Shown in pieces: positions 9,632 to 17,974 of a stretch of DNA of 64,000 nt (position 1 is the stretch's first letter; each line of letters starts with the position of its first letter). This stretch comes from Paracoccaceae bacterium. GTDB lineage: Bacteria > Pseudomonadota > Alphaproteobacteria > Rhodobacterales > Rhodobacteraceae. The stretch lies in contig JAWLCA010000013.1 in NCBI GenBank assembly GCA_041687395.1, positions 51,470-115,469 on the forward strand. Reading direction: 5' to 3'. The position numbers and the translations under genes were made by a program. The notes under the pieces were generated by a model, which searched no databases, was not told the origin of the DNA, and saw only the letters and a program-made list of their open reading frames with translations.

Positions 9632-10336
9632 CTATCTGAGACGCGCCACATAGCGCACCGTTTGATCGTCAAACCAGGTACGCGAGGCTTCCGCCCGTGC
9701 ACCATCCTGAGCCCAAGAAATCCGCACCACGTGCCCGACGCGCTCACCACGCGCGCGCGGAAAGCACGGCGGCGCCCACTCGGGAACCGGCTGCACGTCG
9801 ATCCTGTCTTCGGCCCGGGCGATCCAGAAGCCGAGCCGCGTGCGATAGTAGAGATAGAGCGACTCGGACAGGTCTGATACGTCGATCCGAGGGGTGTAGC
9901 TGCCGTCCAGCCAGATCTCTTCCACGGCCCCCGGTTTGCCTGACAGAAATCGGAGGCGGCGGATCCGATGCGCGTCGGGCGCAGATCCGAAGTCCGGAAG
10001 GTCGTCGGGTTTCGGCAGCCTTGCGACCGACAGCACCTGCGCAGTCGGTAAGCCGCCCCCCTCGGCAAGCTCCAGACGGAAGAAGGCATAGACACTGTCC
10101 ATCCCTGTCCGGGCGCGAACGTAGTTTCCGGACCCTTGAACCCGCTCCAAAAACCCTTTCTCCGTCAGGTCTGCCAGCGCCCGGCGCAGGGTTCCGATTG
10201 CGATTCCGAATTGCGCGGCCATCTCGCGTTCGGGCGGCAGGCGTTCCCCATCCAGCAACCGACCGGCAGCAATCTCGCGGATCAGCATTTCACTGATCTG
10301 CTGATAAAGTGGCAGAGAACCGGTTTCAGGCGCCAT
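9632..10336 (-). CDS. GntR/HutC-family transcriptional regulator (wHTH + UTRA)
   Basis: LPLYQQISEMLIREIAAGRL...ERLPPEREMAAQFGIAIGTLRRALADLTEKGFLERVQGSGNYV. The ATG at 10336 is preferred. The track start at 10363 is a GTG. Confidence 0.85.
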   Translation of the reverse strand: MAPETGSLPLYQQISEMLIREIAAGRLLDGERLPPEREMAAQFGIAIGTLRRALADLTEKGFLERVQGSGNYVRARTGMDSVYAFFRLELAEGGGLPTAQVLSVARLPKPDDLPDFGSAPDAHRIRRLRFLSGKPGAVEEIWLDGSYTPRIDVSDLSESLYLYYRTRLGFWIARAEDRIDVQPVPEWAPPCFPRARGERVGHVVRISWAQDGARAEASRTWFDDQTVRYVARLR

Positions 10337-10353
10337 CCGAACCTGGAAAAAAA

Positions 10354-10399
10354 ATTGTTGCACGATTGATCTACATCATGGCAAACGGAGTGCAACAAT
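10354..10399. promoter_or_regulatory. Perfect 10-bp inverted repeat in divergent promoter region (candidate GntR operator pair)
   Basis: ATTGTTGCAC (10354-10363) and GTGCAACAAT (10390-10399), separated by 26 nt. Located between the GntR gene and the LLM monooxygenase gene. Confidence 0.45.
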
Positions 10400-10426
10400 A
10401 TTCTGCATCTGAGGCTGGGGGATTCG

Positions 10427-11584
10427 ATGGCAGTTGTGCCGGTGACGTCAGCCGACCTCGACGCGTCCGAGGTCTCGTGGTTCGCGGCCCTCTGTTCCGA
10501 CGATTATCGATACCTCGGCGTACCCGACGGCGCGTTGCGCTCCAGTTGGGAGCATTGCTCGAACATTGTGAAAACCGCCGAAACGCAAGGCTTCCGCAAC
10601 ATCCTGTGCCCCTCGTCCTATCAGGTGGGCCAGGACACGCTGACCTTCGTCGCCGGGTGTGCCCCGATCACCAGCAAGATCAATCTGCTGGCGGCAATTC
10701 GCTGTGGAGAGCTTCATCCGATCATGCTGGCACGCACGGTCGCGACGCTGGATCACATGCTCAAGGGTAGGCTTACGCTGAACGTCATCTCATCCGACTT
10801 TCCCGGCGAAAAGGTCGACAGCGCCTTCCGTTACCAGCGCAGCCACGAGGTGGTGGAGATTCTGCGCCAAGCCTGGACACGCGACACCATCGATCACGAA
10901 GGCGAGGTCTATCAGTTCAAGGGTCTCACCACCGACCCGGCGAAACCCTATCAGCAGAACGGTGGCCCCCTGCTCTACTTTGGCGGCTACAGCCCCGATG
11001 CGCTGGAGTTGTGCGGCGCACAGTGCGACGTTTACCTGATGTGGCCCGAGACGAAGGAGCAACTGGCCGCACGCATGCAAGCGGTGCACGAACGCGCGGC
11101 CGCCCATGGGCGTACGCTCGACTATGGCCTACGGGTCCACATGATCGTCCGCGACACTGAAGCGGAGGCTAAGGAATATGCCGAAGAACTGGTGTCGAAG
11201 CTGGACGACGAATATGGTCGATTGATCCGCGAGCGCGCGCATGATGCGGGCAGCCTTGGCGTCTCGCATCAGGCGCGGGCGCGGGAACTTGCCGACCAGT
11301 TCGGCTACATCGAACCCCATTTGTGGACGGGCATCGGGCGGGCAAGATCGGGGTGCGGCGCAGCACTGGTCGGATCGGCGGATCAGGTTATGTCCGAAAT
11401 CGAGGCGTACCGGAAAATGGGCATTCGTGCCTTCATCTTCTCCGGCTATCCTCATCTTGACGAGTGCGAACACTTCGGACGACTCGTCATGCCGGAACTG
11501 AAAACCTGCTCGCTGCCCGAGGAATACGGGCGCGTGCCAATCGAAACCCCGGCGACGCCGCTGGGGGTGGGAGAGCGCCGCTGA
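10427..11584 (+). CDS. LLM-class flavin-dependent monooxygenase, alkanesulfonate monooxygenase (SsuD)-like; SmoC-like candidate
   Basis: 385 aa. Luciferase-like TIM-barrel blocks resemble SsuD (NILCPSSYQ..., LLAAIRCGELHPIMLARTVATLDHMLKGRLTLNVISSDFPGE). Confidence 0.8.
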   Translation: MAVVPVTSADLDASEVSWFAALCSDDYRYLGVPDGALRSSWEHCSNIVKTAETQGFRNILCPSSYQVGQDTLTFVAGCAPITSKINLLAAIRCGELHPIMLARTVATLDHMLKGRLTLNVISSDFPGEKVDSAFRYQRSHEVVEILRQAWTRDTIDHEGEVYQFKGLTTDPAKPYQQNGGPLLYFGGYSPDALELCGAQCDVYLMWPETKEQLAARMQAVHERAAAHGRTLDYGLRVHMIVRDTEAEAKEYAEELVSKLDDEYGRLIRERAHDAGSLGVSHQARARELADQFGYIEPHLWTGIGRARSGCGAALVGSADQVMSEIEAYRKMGIRAFIFSGYPHLDECEHFGRLVMPELKTCSLPEEYGRVPIETPATPLGVGERR

Positions 11585-12477
11585 TGGAACGGATCGAACT
11601 GGCCGAGGGGCTCGAATTCAGCCGCATCGTCTACGGGATGTGGCGGCTGGGCGACGATGTCGACCGCAGCGCGGCCCATGTCCAGGCCAAGATCGAAGCC
11701 TGTCTGGAGCAGGGCATCACCACCTTCGACCAAGCCGACATCTATGGCGATTACGAATCCGAGACGATCCTGGGTCAGTGCCTGAAGGATCAGCCCTCGC
11801 TTCGCGCAGGAATGGAAATCGTGACGAAATGCGACATCATGCTGATTTCGGGCAAGTACCCGGACCGGCGGGTGAAACATTACGACACCTCGGCGGCGCA
11901 TATCACCGCATCGGCCGAGGCGAGCCTCCGGCACATGGGGATCGAGACGATCGATGTGCTGCTGCTGCACCGGCCCGACCCGCTGATGGACCATCTGGAG
12001 ACCGGCCGCGCGCTGGACGATCTGGTGGACAGCGGCAAGGTGCGCGCGATCGGCGTCTCGAACTTCAAGCCGCACGACTGGAACCTGCTGCAATCGGCGA
12101 TGGAACAGCTGCTTGTCACCAACCAGATCGAGGTAAGCCTGCTGGCGCCGGAGGCTTTCACGAACGGCGACGTGGCATTCCTGCAGGAACGCGGCATCCC
12201 GCCCATGGCCTGGTCGCCGCTGGCTGGCGGACGCTTGTTCGAGCCGGAGAACGGCACACTGCGTGCCTCGCTGGCCGAGGTGGGTGAAAAATGGGGAGTG
12301 GACGAGACCGCCGTCGCCGTTGCGTGGCTTCTGGCGCATCCGTCCATGGTCCTGCCGGTCATGGGGACCAACAACCTTGATCGGATCCGACGGTTTTCGG
12401 ACGCGACCAAGGTCGCGATGGACCGCGAAACCTGGTTTGACCTCTACACGCTCGGCCTTGGGCACGAGGTGCCATGA
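11584..12477 (+). CDS. Aldo/keto reductase (YdhF-like); SmoB-like candidate
   Basis: Internal start MERIELAEGLEFSRIVYGMWRL at 11584, forming an ATGA overlap with the upstream stop. AKR blocks present: FDQADIYGDYESE, IDVLLLHRPD, IGVSNF. Confidence 0.85.
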   Translation: MERIELAEGLEFSRIVYGMWRLGDDVDRSAAHVQAKIEACLEQGITTFDQADIYGDYESETILGQCLKDQPSLRAGMEIVTKCDIMLISGKYPDRRVKHYDTSAAHITASAEASLRHMGIETIDVLLLHRPDPLMDHLETGRALDDLVDSGKVRAIGVSNFKPHDWNLLQSAMEQLLVTNQIEVSLLAPEAFTNGDVAFLQERGIPPMAWSPLAGGRLFEPENGTLRASLAEVGEKWGVDETAVAVAWLLAHPSMVLPVMGTNNLDRIRRFSDATKVAMDRETWFDLYTLGLGHEVP

Positions 12478-12998
12478 TGGCTGACGGAGGACTTGGTCAG
12501 GACATGCAAGATTTCACTCCTGGCCCCAACACGGCGCGCGACCTTCGCGACGCGATGGGCCGGTTTGCGACAGGCGTGACCGTGATCACGACGCGGGGCG
12601 CGGACGGCCCCGTTGGGATAACAGCCAACAGCTTTGCCTCGGTTTCTCTCGACCCGCCGCTGGTGCTTTGGGCACCGGGAAAATTCTCGCGCCGGTTCGA
12701 GTACTTTGTCGAGGCACCGCACTTCGCGATACATGTTCTTGGTCTCGAGCAGGCCGAACTTGGCTACCACTTTGCGCGCAACGGCTTCGATTTCGACTTG
12801 CCCGGCCTCACGTCAAGCGCGGAGGGAACCCCTCTGCTGTCTGGCTGCCTGGCGCGGTTCGACTGCCGCCTGGCGGCGTCGCACGACGCCGGTGACCATG
12901 CCATCGTCGTCGGTCATGTGCTGCGGGCCAGCTTGCGCGAAGGGGAGCCGCTCGTATTCTCGCAGGGCAGATACGGGGGCTTTGACGCGAAGGACTGA
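12474..12998 (+). CDS. Flavin reductase family protein (NAD(P)H:FMN oxidoreductase); SmoA/SsuE-role candidate
   Basis: 174 aa with FATGVTVITTRGADGPVGITANSFASVSLDPPLVLW, typical of the flavin_reduct domain. Shows a 4-nt start/stop overlap with the AKR gene. Confidence 0.85.
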   Translation: MMADGGLGQDMQDFTPGPNTARDLRDAMGRFATGVTVITTRGADGPVGITANSFASVSLDPPLVLWAPGKFSRRFEYFVEAPHFAIHVLGLEQAELGYHFARNGFDFDLPGLTSSAEGTPLLSGCLARFDCRLAASHDAGDHAIVVGHVLRASLREGEPLVFSQGRYGGFDAKD

Positions 12999-13068
12999 TC
13001 GACCGCAAGGGGGCGACAGGACCCCGGTCATGCCCCGCGACGGGGCGGGAGGGAGAGGGAGGACCGTC

Positions 13069-13719
13069 ATGGGAGCATTGCTTGCCCTGCTGACACCGTT
13101 GCGTCTGCTGAACGAAACGCTTCTGGCGGCCGGGCGCGCAGTGGGAATCGTGTGCGTGGCGCTGATGGTCGCGGCGATACTGATCCAGGTGTTCTTTCGC
13201 TACGTGCTTGGCAACGCACTGCCCTGGCCAGACGAGGCCGCGCGCTTTCTGATGCTGTGGATGACCGGGCTGATGGCGCCCATGGCCTTCCGCCGCGGCG
13301 GCTTCGTGGCAATCGACATGGTGGTGCGTGCCCTGCCCCTTCGTCTTGGCGCCATCCTGTCTCTTGCGCTTCTCTGCCTATCACTTCTGGTCCTGGTGGT
13401 TGGCTTTCGCATCGGCGCAAACGAGGTCTGCGGCTTCGGTGGTCGGTTCGATACCGTTTCGCTCTACGTGCCCGACGCTGGCGTGCGGGTGAACATGGCG
13501 GCGATCTGCGGCTTCGACATCATCAATGCGTTCTCGATCGCCGAAACCCGCGGCTGGATGAAGGTGCCGCGCTGGTGGATGATGCTGTCGATCCACGTTG
13601 GTGTCGGGCTGATGATTCTGGTCTGCGTCGAGTTGATCCTGCGCAATCTCGTCTCTCTTCTCGGCGGCGCACACCGGCTGCCCGTGATCCGCGGCGCAGA
13701 GATGGCGGGGGCCGAGTGA
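13069..13719 (+). CDS. TRAP transporter small permease (DctQ family)
   Basis: Start MGALLALLTPLRLLNE, preceded by GGGAGAGGGAGG. Four hydrophobic helices. The listed ORF 12634..13719 is over-extended. Confidence 0.8.
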   Translation: MGALLALLTPLRLLNETLLAAGRAVGIVCVALMVAAILIQVFFRYVLGNALPWPDEAARFLMLWMTGLMAPMAFRRGGFVAIDMVVRALPLRLGAILSLALLCLSLLVLVVGFRIGANEVCGFGGRFDTVSLYVPDAGVRVNMAAICGFDIINAFSIAETRGWMKVPRWWMMLSIHVGVGLMILVCVELILRNLVSLLGGAHRLPVIRGAEMAGAE

Positions 13720-15008
13720 TGCTGGTCCTCTTCCTTCCGATGTTCCTGATTTTCCTGCTGATCGGCCTGCCGGTGTTCTTCGGGCTGATCGCCGCGCCCG
13801 GGATCCTGTTGTGGCTGAACGGACAGGAGCGCGACATCGTGCTCTTGTATCGCAACGTTTACAACGGCATGGACAGCTTCCCCCTGATGGCGATCCCGTT
13901 CTTCATGCTGGCGGGCGAACTGATGAACCGCGGCGGCATCACCATGCGGCTGGTCGAATTCGCACAGGCCCTGATGGGGCATCTGCGCGGCGGGCTTGCC
14001 CATGTGAACGTGCTGTCGTCGATGCTGTTTGCGGGTCTGTCCGGGTCGGCGGTGGCCGACACCTCTGCACTCGGGTCCATGCTGATCCCGGCGATGGAGA
14101 AGAATGGCTATACGCGACGGTTCGCTGCCGCGATCACCGCAGCCAGCTCGGTCATCGGGCCGATCATCCCGCCCTCGGGCATCATGATCATCTACGCCTA
14201 TGTCATGGGCGAAAGCGTTGCCGCGCTGTTCCTCGCCGGAATCGTTCCGGGGATCATGGTGGGCCTCGGCCTGATGGTGATGATCAAGCTGATGGCCGAC
14301 AGATATGATTTCCCCGTGGCCACCCGCCGCTACACCTGGGGCGAGAAGGGCCAGGCGAGCCTCAAGGCCTTCTTCCCGCTGTTGACCCCGGTGATCATCC
14401 TGGGCGGCATCCTTGCCGGTGTCTTCACCCCGACCGAGGCGGCGGCCGTCGCGGTCGGTTATGCGATGCTGATCGGGCTTTTCGTTTTGCGCACGCTGAA
14501 GTTTTCCGAACTGCCCGACGTGATGGGGCGTGCCGGTCTGACGTCTGCCGTCGTTCTGCTGCTGGTGGGCGCGGCCATGGCGTTCAAGACGGTGGTCAGC
14601 CTTTCGCATGCACCAGAGATGCTCGCCGGGATCATCCTCGGGCTGTCCGAGAACCCGTTGATCCTGCTGTTCCTGATCAACATCCTGCTGTTCATCGTCG
14701 GCATGTTTCTGGACGCCGGCCCGGCGATCATCATCCTTGGCCCGATTCTCGGGCCCATATTCACCTCGATGGGCGTCGATCCGGTGCATTTCGCCATCAT
14801 CATGTCGGTAAACCTGACGGTCGGACTGGCGACACCGCCGATGGGGCTCGTGCTGTTCGTGGCCTCTTCCGTCTCGGGTGAGCGGGTGGAATCGATCGCC
14901 CGTGCCATCCTGCCGTTCCTGGCCGTAGAGGTCATCGTGATCTTCCTGATCACTTACTTTCCGGCCTTTTCGCTTACTGTCCCGCGGCTCGCGGGATTCA
15001 TGAACTGA
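13719..15008 (+). CDS. TRAP transporter large permease (DctM family)
   Basis: Start MLVLFLPMFLIFLLIGLPVFFG at an ATGA overlap with the dctQ stop. 429-aa polytopic membrane protein with DctM-like blocks (MDSFPLMAIPFFMLAGELMN). Confidence 0.88.
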   Translation: MLVLFLPMFLIFLLIGLPVFFGLIAAPGILLWLNGQERDIVLLYRNVYNGMDSFPLMAIPFFMLAGELMNRGGITMRLVEFAQALMGHLRGGLAHVNVLSSMLFAGLSGSAVADTSALGSMLIPAMEKNGYTRRFAAAITAASSVIGPIIPPSGIMIIYAYVMGESVAALFLAGIVPGIMVGLGLMVMIKLMADRYDFPVATRRYTWGEKGQASLKAFFPLLTPVIILGGILAGVFTPTEAAAVAVGYAMLIGLFVLRTLKFSELPDVMGRAGLTSAVVLLLVGAAMAFKTVVSLSHAPEMLAGIILGLSENPLILLFLINILLFIVGMFLDAGPAIIILGPILGPIFTSMGVDPVHFAIIMSVNLTVGLATPPMGLVLFVASSVSGERVESIARAILPFLAVEVIVIFLITYFPAFSLTVPRLAGFMN

Positions 15009-15032
15009 CTTCAGACAACAGGGAGGACCAGA

Positions 15033-16091
15033 ATGCTCAAGACAACGCTCAAGTCGCTGATGGTGGCGACGCTGCTGGCGGGAACTGCCGGCTGGGCCGG
15101 CGCGCAGGAGATCACGCTGCGCGCCACGGCCACCTCGAACACCGACGACGAGGATTACGACGGCCTCGTCGTCTTCAAGAAGTATGTCGAGAACGCCTCG
15201 AACGGACGCATCGCCGTTGAACTTTTCATCGGCACCCAACTTTGCGTGACCGGCGAGGAATGCCTGCAAGGCGTGGCCGACGGCTCCATCGACATCTTCA
15301 TCTCCACCTCGGGCGGGGCCGCGGGGATCTTCCCCTACATCCAGGTGCTGGACCTGCCCTACCTGATGAGCGACGACCGCATCGCGGAGCATGTCCTGTC
15401 GGGCGACTTCGTGCGCTACATGCGCGACTTGGCCCTGCAGGACAGCGACAACACGATCCGGCTGATGACGGTGGGCAATACCGGCGGTTGGCGCAACTAT
15501 GCCAATACGATGAAGACAGTGCAGACACCGGCTGATCTGGAGGGTCTGAAGCTGCGCACCGTGCCCGCCGATCTGCCGCAGGTGCTGGCGACTGCGCTGG
15601 GCGCCGCGCCAACGCCGATCCCGTGGCCGGAATTGTTTACCTCGCTCCAGACTGGCGTGGTCGAGGGGACGGCGAACGGCATCACCGACATCATGAACAT
15701 GAAGTTCCCTGATGCCGGCCTGAAATACATCACGCTTGATGGCCACAGCTACATGGGCGCGTTCTGGTGGATGAATAACGAACGGTTCCTTGGGCTGCCC
15801 GACGACCAGAAGGCGATCGTGCTCGATGGGTTCTACGACCTCCAGCAGGCGACCTTTGCCAGCCCGAAGCGGAAGGAGATCCCGGCCTATGAGGCCTTCG
15901 TGGCCTCGGGCGGCGAGATCTATGTGCCTACGGCCGAGGAGAAGGCCCAGTTCCGGGACGCCGCCGCGCCCGCCTTCGAATGGTTCGTCGAGAACGTGCG
16001 GATGGGACCCGAGGTGCTGGACGCATTCGAGGCTGCGATCGGAGAGGCAGAGGATGCAGTCGGTGCGCAGCGCGCGGCCGACATGAACTGA
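15033..16091 (+). CDS. TRAP transporter substrate-binding protein (DctP family)
   Basis: 352 aa with signal peptide MLKTTLKSLMVATLLAGTAGWAGA and a GGGAGGA SD. DctP-like body. Ligand not inferable from sequence by eye. Confidence 0.85.
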   Translation: MLKTTLKSLMVATLLAGTAGWAGAQEITLRATATSNTDDEDYDGLVVFKKYVENASNGRIAVELFIGTQLCVTGEECLQGVADGSIDIFISTSGGAAGIFPYIQVLDLPYLMSDDRIAEHVLSGDFVRYMRDLALQDSDNTIRLMTVGNTGGWRNYANTMKTVQTPADLEGLKLRTVPADLPQVLATALGAAPTPIPWPELFTSLQTGVVEGTANGITDIMNMKFPDAGLKYITLDGHSYMGAFWWMNNERFLGLPDDQKAIVLDGFYDLQQATFASPKRKEIPAYEAFVASGGEIYVPTAEEKAQFRDAAAPAFEWFVENVRMGPEVLDAFEAAIGEAEDAVGAQRAADMN

Positions 16092-16152
16092 TCCTCCCGG
16101 AAGACGCAGGGGCCCGAGACAAGAGCAACCGGAGTGTTGCGGCTTTCAACGG

Positions 16153-16183
16153 AAAGGCGGGTCACTGCGTGGCCCGCCTTTTT
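16153..16183. terminator. Bidirectional intrinsic terminator between dctP-like and tusA-like genes
   Basis: aaa-aggcggg(16155-16161), 11-nt loop, cccgcct(16173-16179), then tttt. Confidence 0.65.
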
Positions 16184-16192
16184 GATCGGAAG

Positions 16193-16435
16193 CTAGCCGC
16201 CCTTTCGGATGAGATAGATTTGCTGTCCCGCGGCGTCGTCGGCCGCGAGCAGGGCGTGTCCGGCCTCGGAGCAGAAATGCGGCACATCGATCACGGCAGC
16301 TGGATCGGTCGCAATGACGCGAAGGACTGCCCCGGCGGGCAGCCCCTTCAGCCGCTTGCGGGCCTTCAACACGGGCAAAGGGCACAGCAGCCCAGCCGCA
16401 TCAAGCTCGTCATCCCATATGCGCTGTTCATCCAT
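16193..16435 (-). CDS. TusA/SirA-family sulfurtransferase-like protein
   Basis: 80 aa with the CPxP motif (LLCPLPVLKARKRL). Confidence 0.8.
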   Translation of the reverse strand: MDEQRIWDDELDAAGLLCPLPVLKARKRLKGLPAGAVLRVIATDPAAVIDVPHFCSEAGHALLAADDAAGQQIYLIRKGG

Positions 16436-16538
16436 GGCGGAAAACTAGTGTTGTGCTGGCGGCTTGTCCACGATGCAGTAATGCTGGACGGGGCCATCAG
16501 GGAAATGCAAACCTCGACACGTAAGTGTTGGAGGCTGA

Positions 16539-17717
16539 ATGACACTGCTCACCCTGCCCTTCTCGCCCGAGGAGTATGATGCCCGAATTGCCCGCACGCG
16601 GTTGGCGATGGATGAGCGAGGGCTTGATCTGCTGATCGTCTCGGACCCGTCGAACATGGCGTGGCTGACCGGGTATGACGGCTGGTCGTTCTACGTGCAT
16701 CAGGCGGTGGTGCTGGGGCACGAAGGCGCGCCGATCTGGTGGGGGCGCGCGATGGACGGACTGGGCGCCCAGCGAACCGTCTGGATGGATCCGGGCCACA
16801 TCGTCGGCTACGACGACACCTATGTCCAGAACACCGCCAAGCATCCGATGGAGACGCTGGCCACGCTGGTCCACGAGCGTTTCTCGGGCGTGGAGCGCAT
16901 CGGGGTGGAGATGGACAACTACTACTATTCCGCCGCCGCCCATGCGGTGCTGACGGCTGCGCTGTCGGACGCCGTGATCTTCGATGCGACGGGCGTGGTG
17001 AACTGGCAACGCGCGGTCAAGTCCGAGGCCGAGATCGGCTTCATGCGGCGCGCCGCAAAGATCACCGACGCGATGATGGCGACGATCCGCGACAAGGCCG
17101 AGCCGGGGATGCCGAAGAACGCGTTGGTGGCCGAGATCTACGCCACCGCGATCCGCGGGGCCGAGGGGCATTGGGGCGACTATCCGGCGATCGTGCCGAT
17201 GGCGCCGTCGGGCGTCGATGCCTCGGCGCCGCATCTGACCTGGGACGACCGGCCGTTCCTTCAGGGCGAGCCGACGTTTTTCGAGATTGCGGGCGTCTAC
17301 CGCCGCTATCACGCGCCGCAGTCGCGGACGCTGTTCTTCGGTCCGCCGCCCGACAAGTATCGCCGCGCCGAGGCGGCGGTGAAGGAGGCGGTCGAGGCGG
17401 GGTTGGAGATGGCGCGGCCGGGCAATACCTGCGCTGACCTGGCCAACGCCTTCAACGGGGTACTGAACCGGCTGGGGTTTCAGAAGGACAGCCGCTGCGG
17501 GTATTCCATCGGGCTGAGCTATCCGCCCGACTGGGGCGAACGGACGATGTCGTTCCGGCGCGACGACCAGACGGTGCTGGAGGCCGGGATGACGTTTCAT
17601 TTCATGCCGGCGCTGTGGCTGGACGATGGCGGGATCGAGCTGACGGAGCCGATCCTGATCACCGAGGATGGGCCGGAACTGCTGTGTTCGACCCCGCGGG
17701 AGATGTGGGTGAAATAG
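16539..17717 (+). CDS. M24-family metallopeptidase (creatinase/Xaa-Pro peptidase/ectoine-hydrolase-like)
   Basis: 392 aa with a creatinase-type N-domain plus an M24 pita-bread fold (FEIAGVYRRYHAP, GYSIGLSYPPDWGE). GGAGG SD present. Confidence 0.75.
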   Translation: MTLLTLPFSPEEYDARIARTRLAMDERGLDLLIVSDPSNMAWLTGYDGWSFYVHQAVVLGHEGAPIWWGRAMDGLGAQRTVWMDPGHIVGYDDTYVQNTAKHPMETLATLVHERFSGVERIGVEMDNYYYSAAAHAVLTAALSDAVIFDATGVVNWQRAVKSEAEIGFMRRAAKITDAMMATIRDKAEPGMPKNALVAEIYATAIRGAEGHWGDYPAIVPMAPSGVDASAPHLTWDDRPFLQGEPTFFEIAGVYRRYHAPQSRTLFFGPPPDKYRRAEAAVKEAVEAGLEMARPGNTCADLANAFNGVLNRLGFQKDSRCGYSIGLSYPPDWGERTMSFRRDDQTVLEAGMTFHFMPALWLDDGGIELTEPILITEDGPELLCSTPREMWVK

Positions 17718-17860
17718 CTGATTGGGGCCGATTTCGGCGGCTGTCCACGCGTGGACAAAATATCAAGCTATTGATATCAAATGAGAACGCAAATTTTTTT
17801 TACCGTGGCTTAACCAGTGACCACGGTTCAAGAGGGCGCCCTGACCCTCTCTCCGCCCGG

Positions 17861-17974
17861 TCAGAAATAGCTGCCGACGCGCTGCGCCCCGCCAGAAATG
17901 TCGCGGCCCACGCCCTCGATCGTGTTGCAGGCGGCGAGCCCCAGCAGCAGGGCGACGATCAGTGGCTTTCTCAT
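17861..17974 (-). CDS. Entericidin A/B-family small lipoprotein
   Basis: MRKPLIVALLLGLAACNTIEGVGRDISGGAQRVGSYF. It has a lipobox (LAAC) and the entericidin core CNT.xG.G.DI. Its ATG overlaps the upstream gene's TGA as ATGA. Confidence 0.7.
   Translation of the reverse strand: MRKPLIVALLLGLAACNTIEGVGRDISGGAQRVGSYF

Noticed and set aside
16539-17717. Calling the M24 protein ectoine hydrolase DoeA or DMSP lyase DddP because of the nearby TRAP transporter.
   Set aside because: It is a separate transcription unit, behind a terminator and an opposite-strand gene. No doeB/eut or ddd partners are present. Only generic M24/creatinase features are visible.
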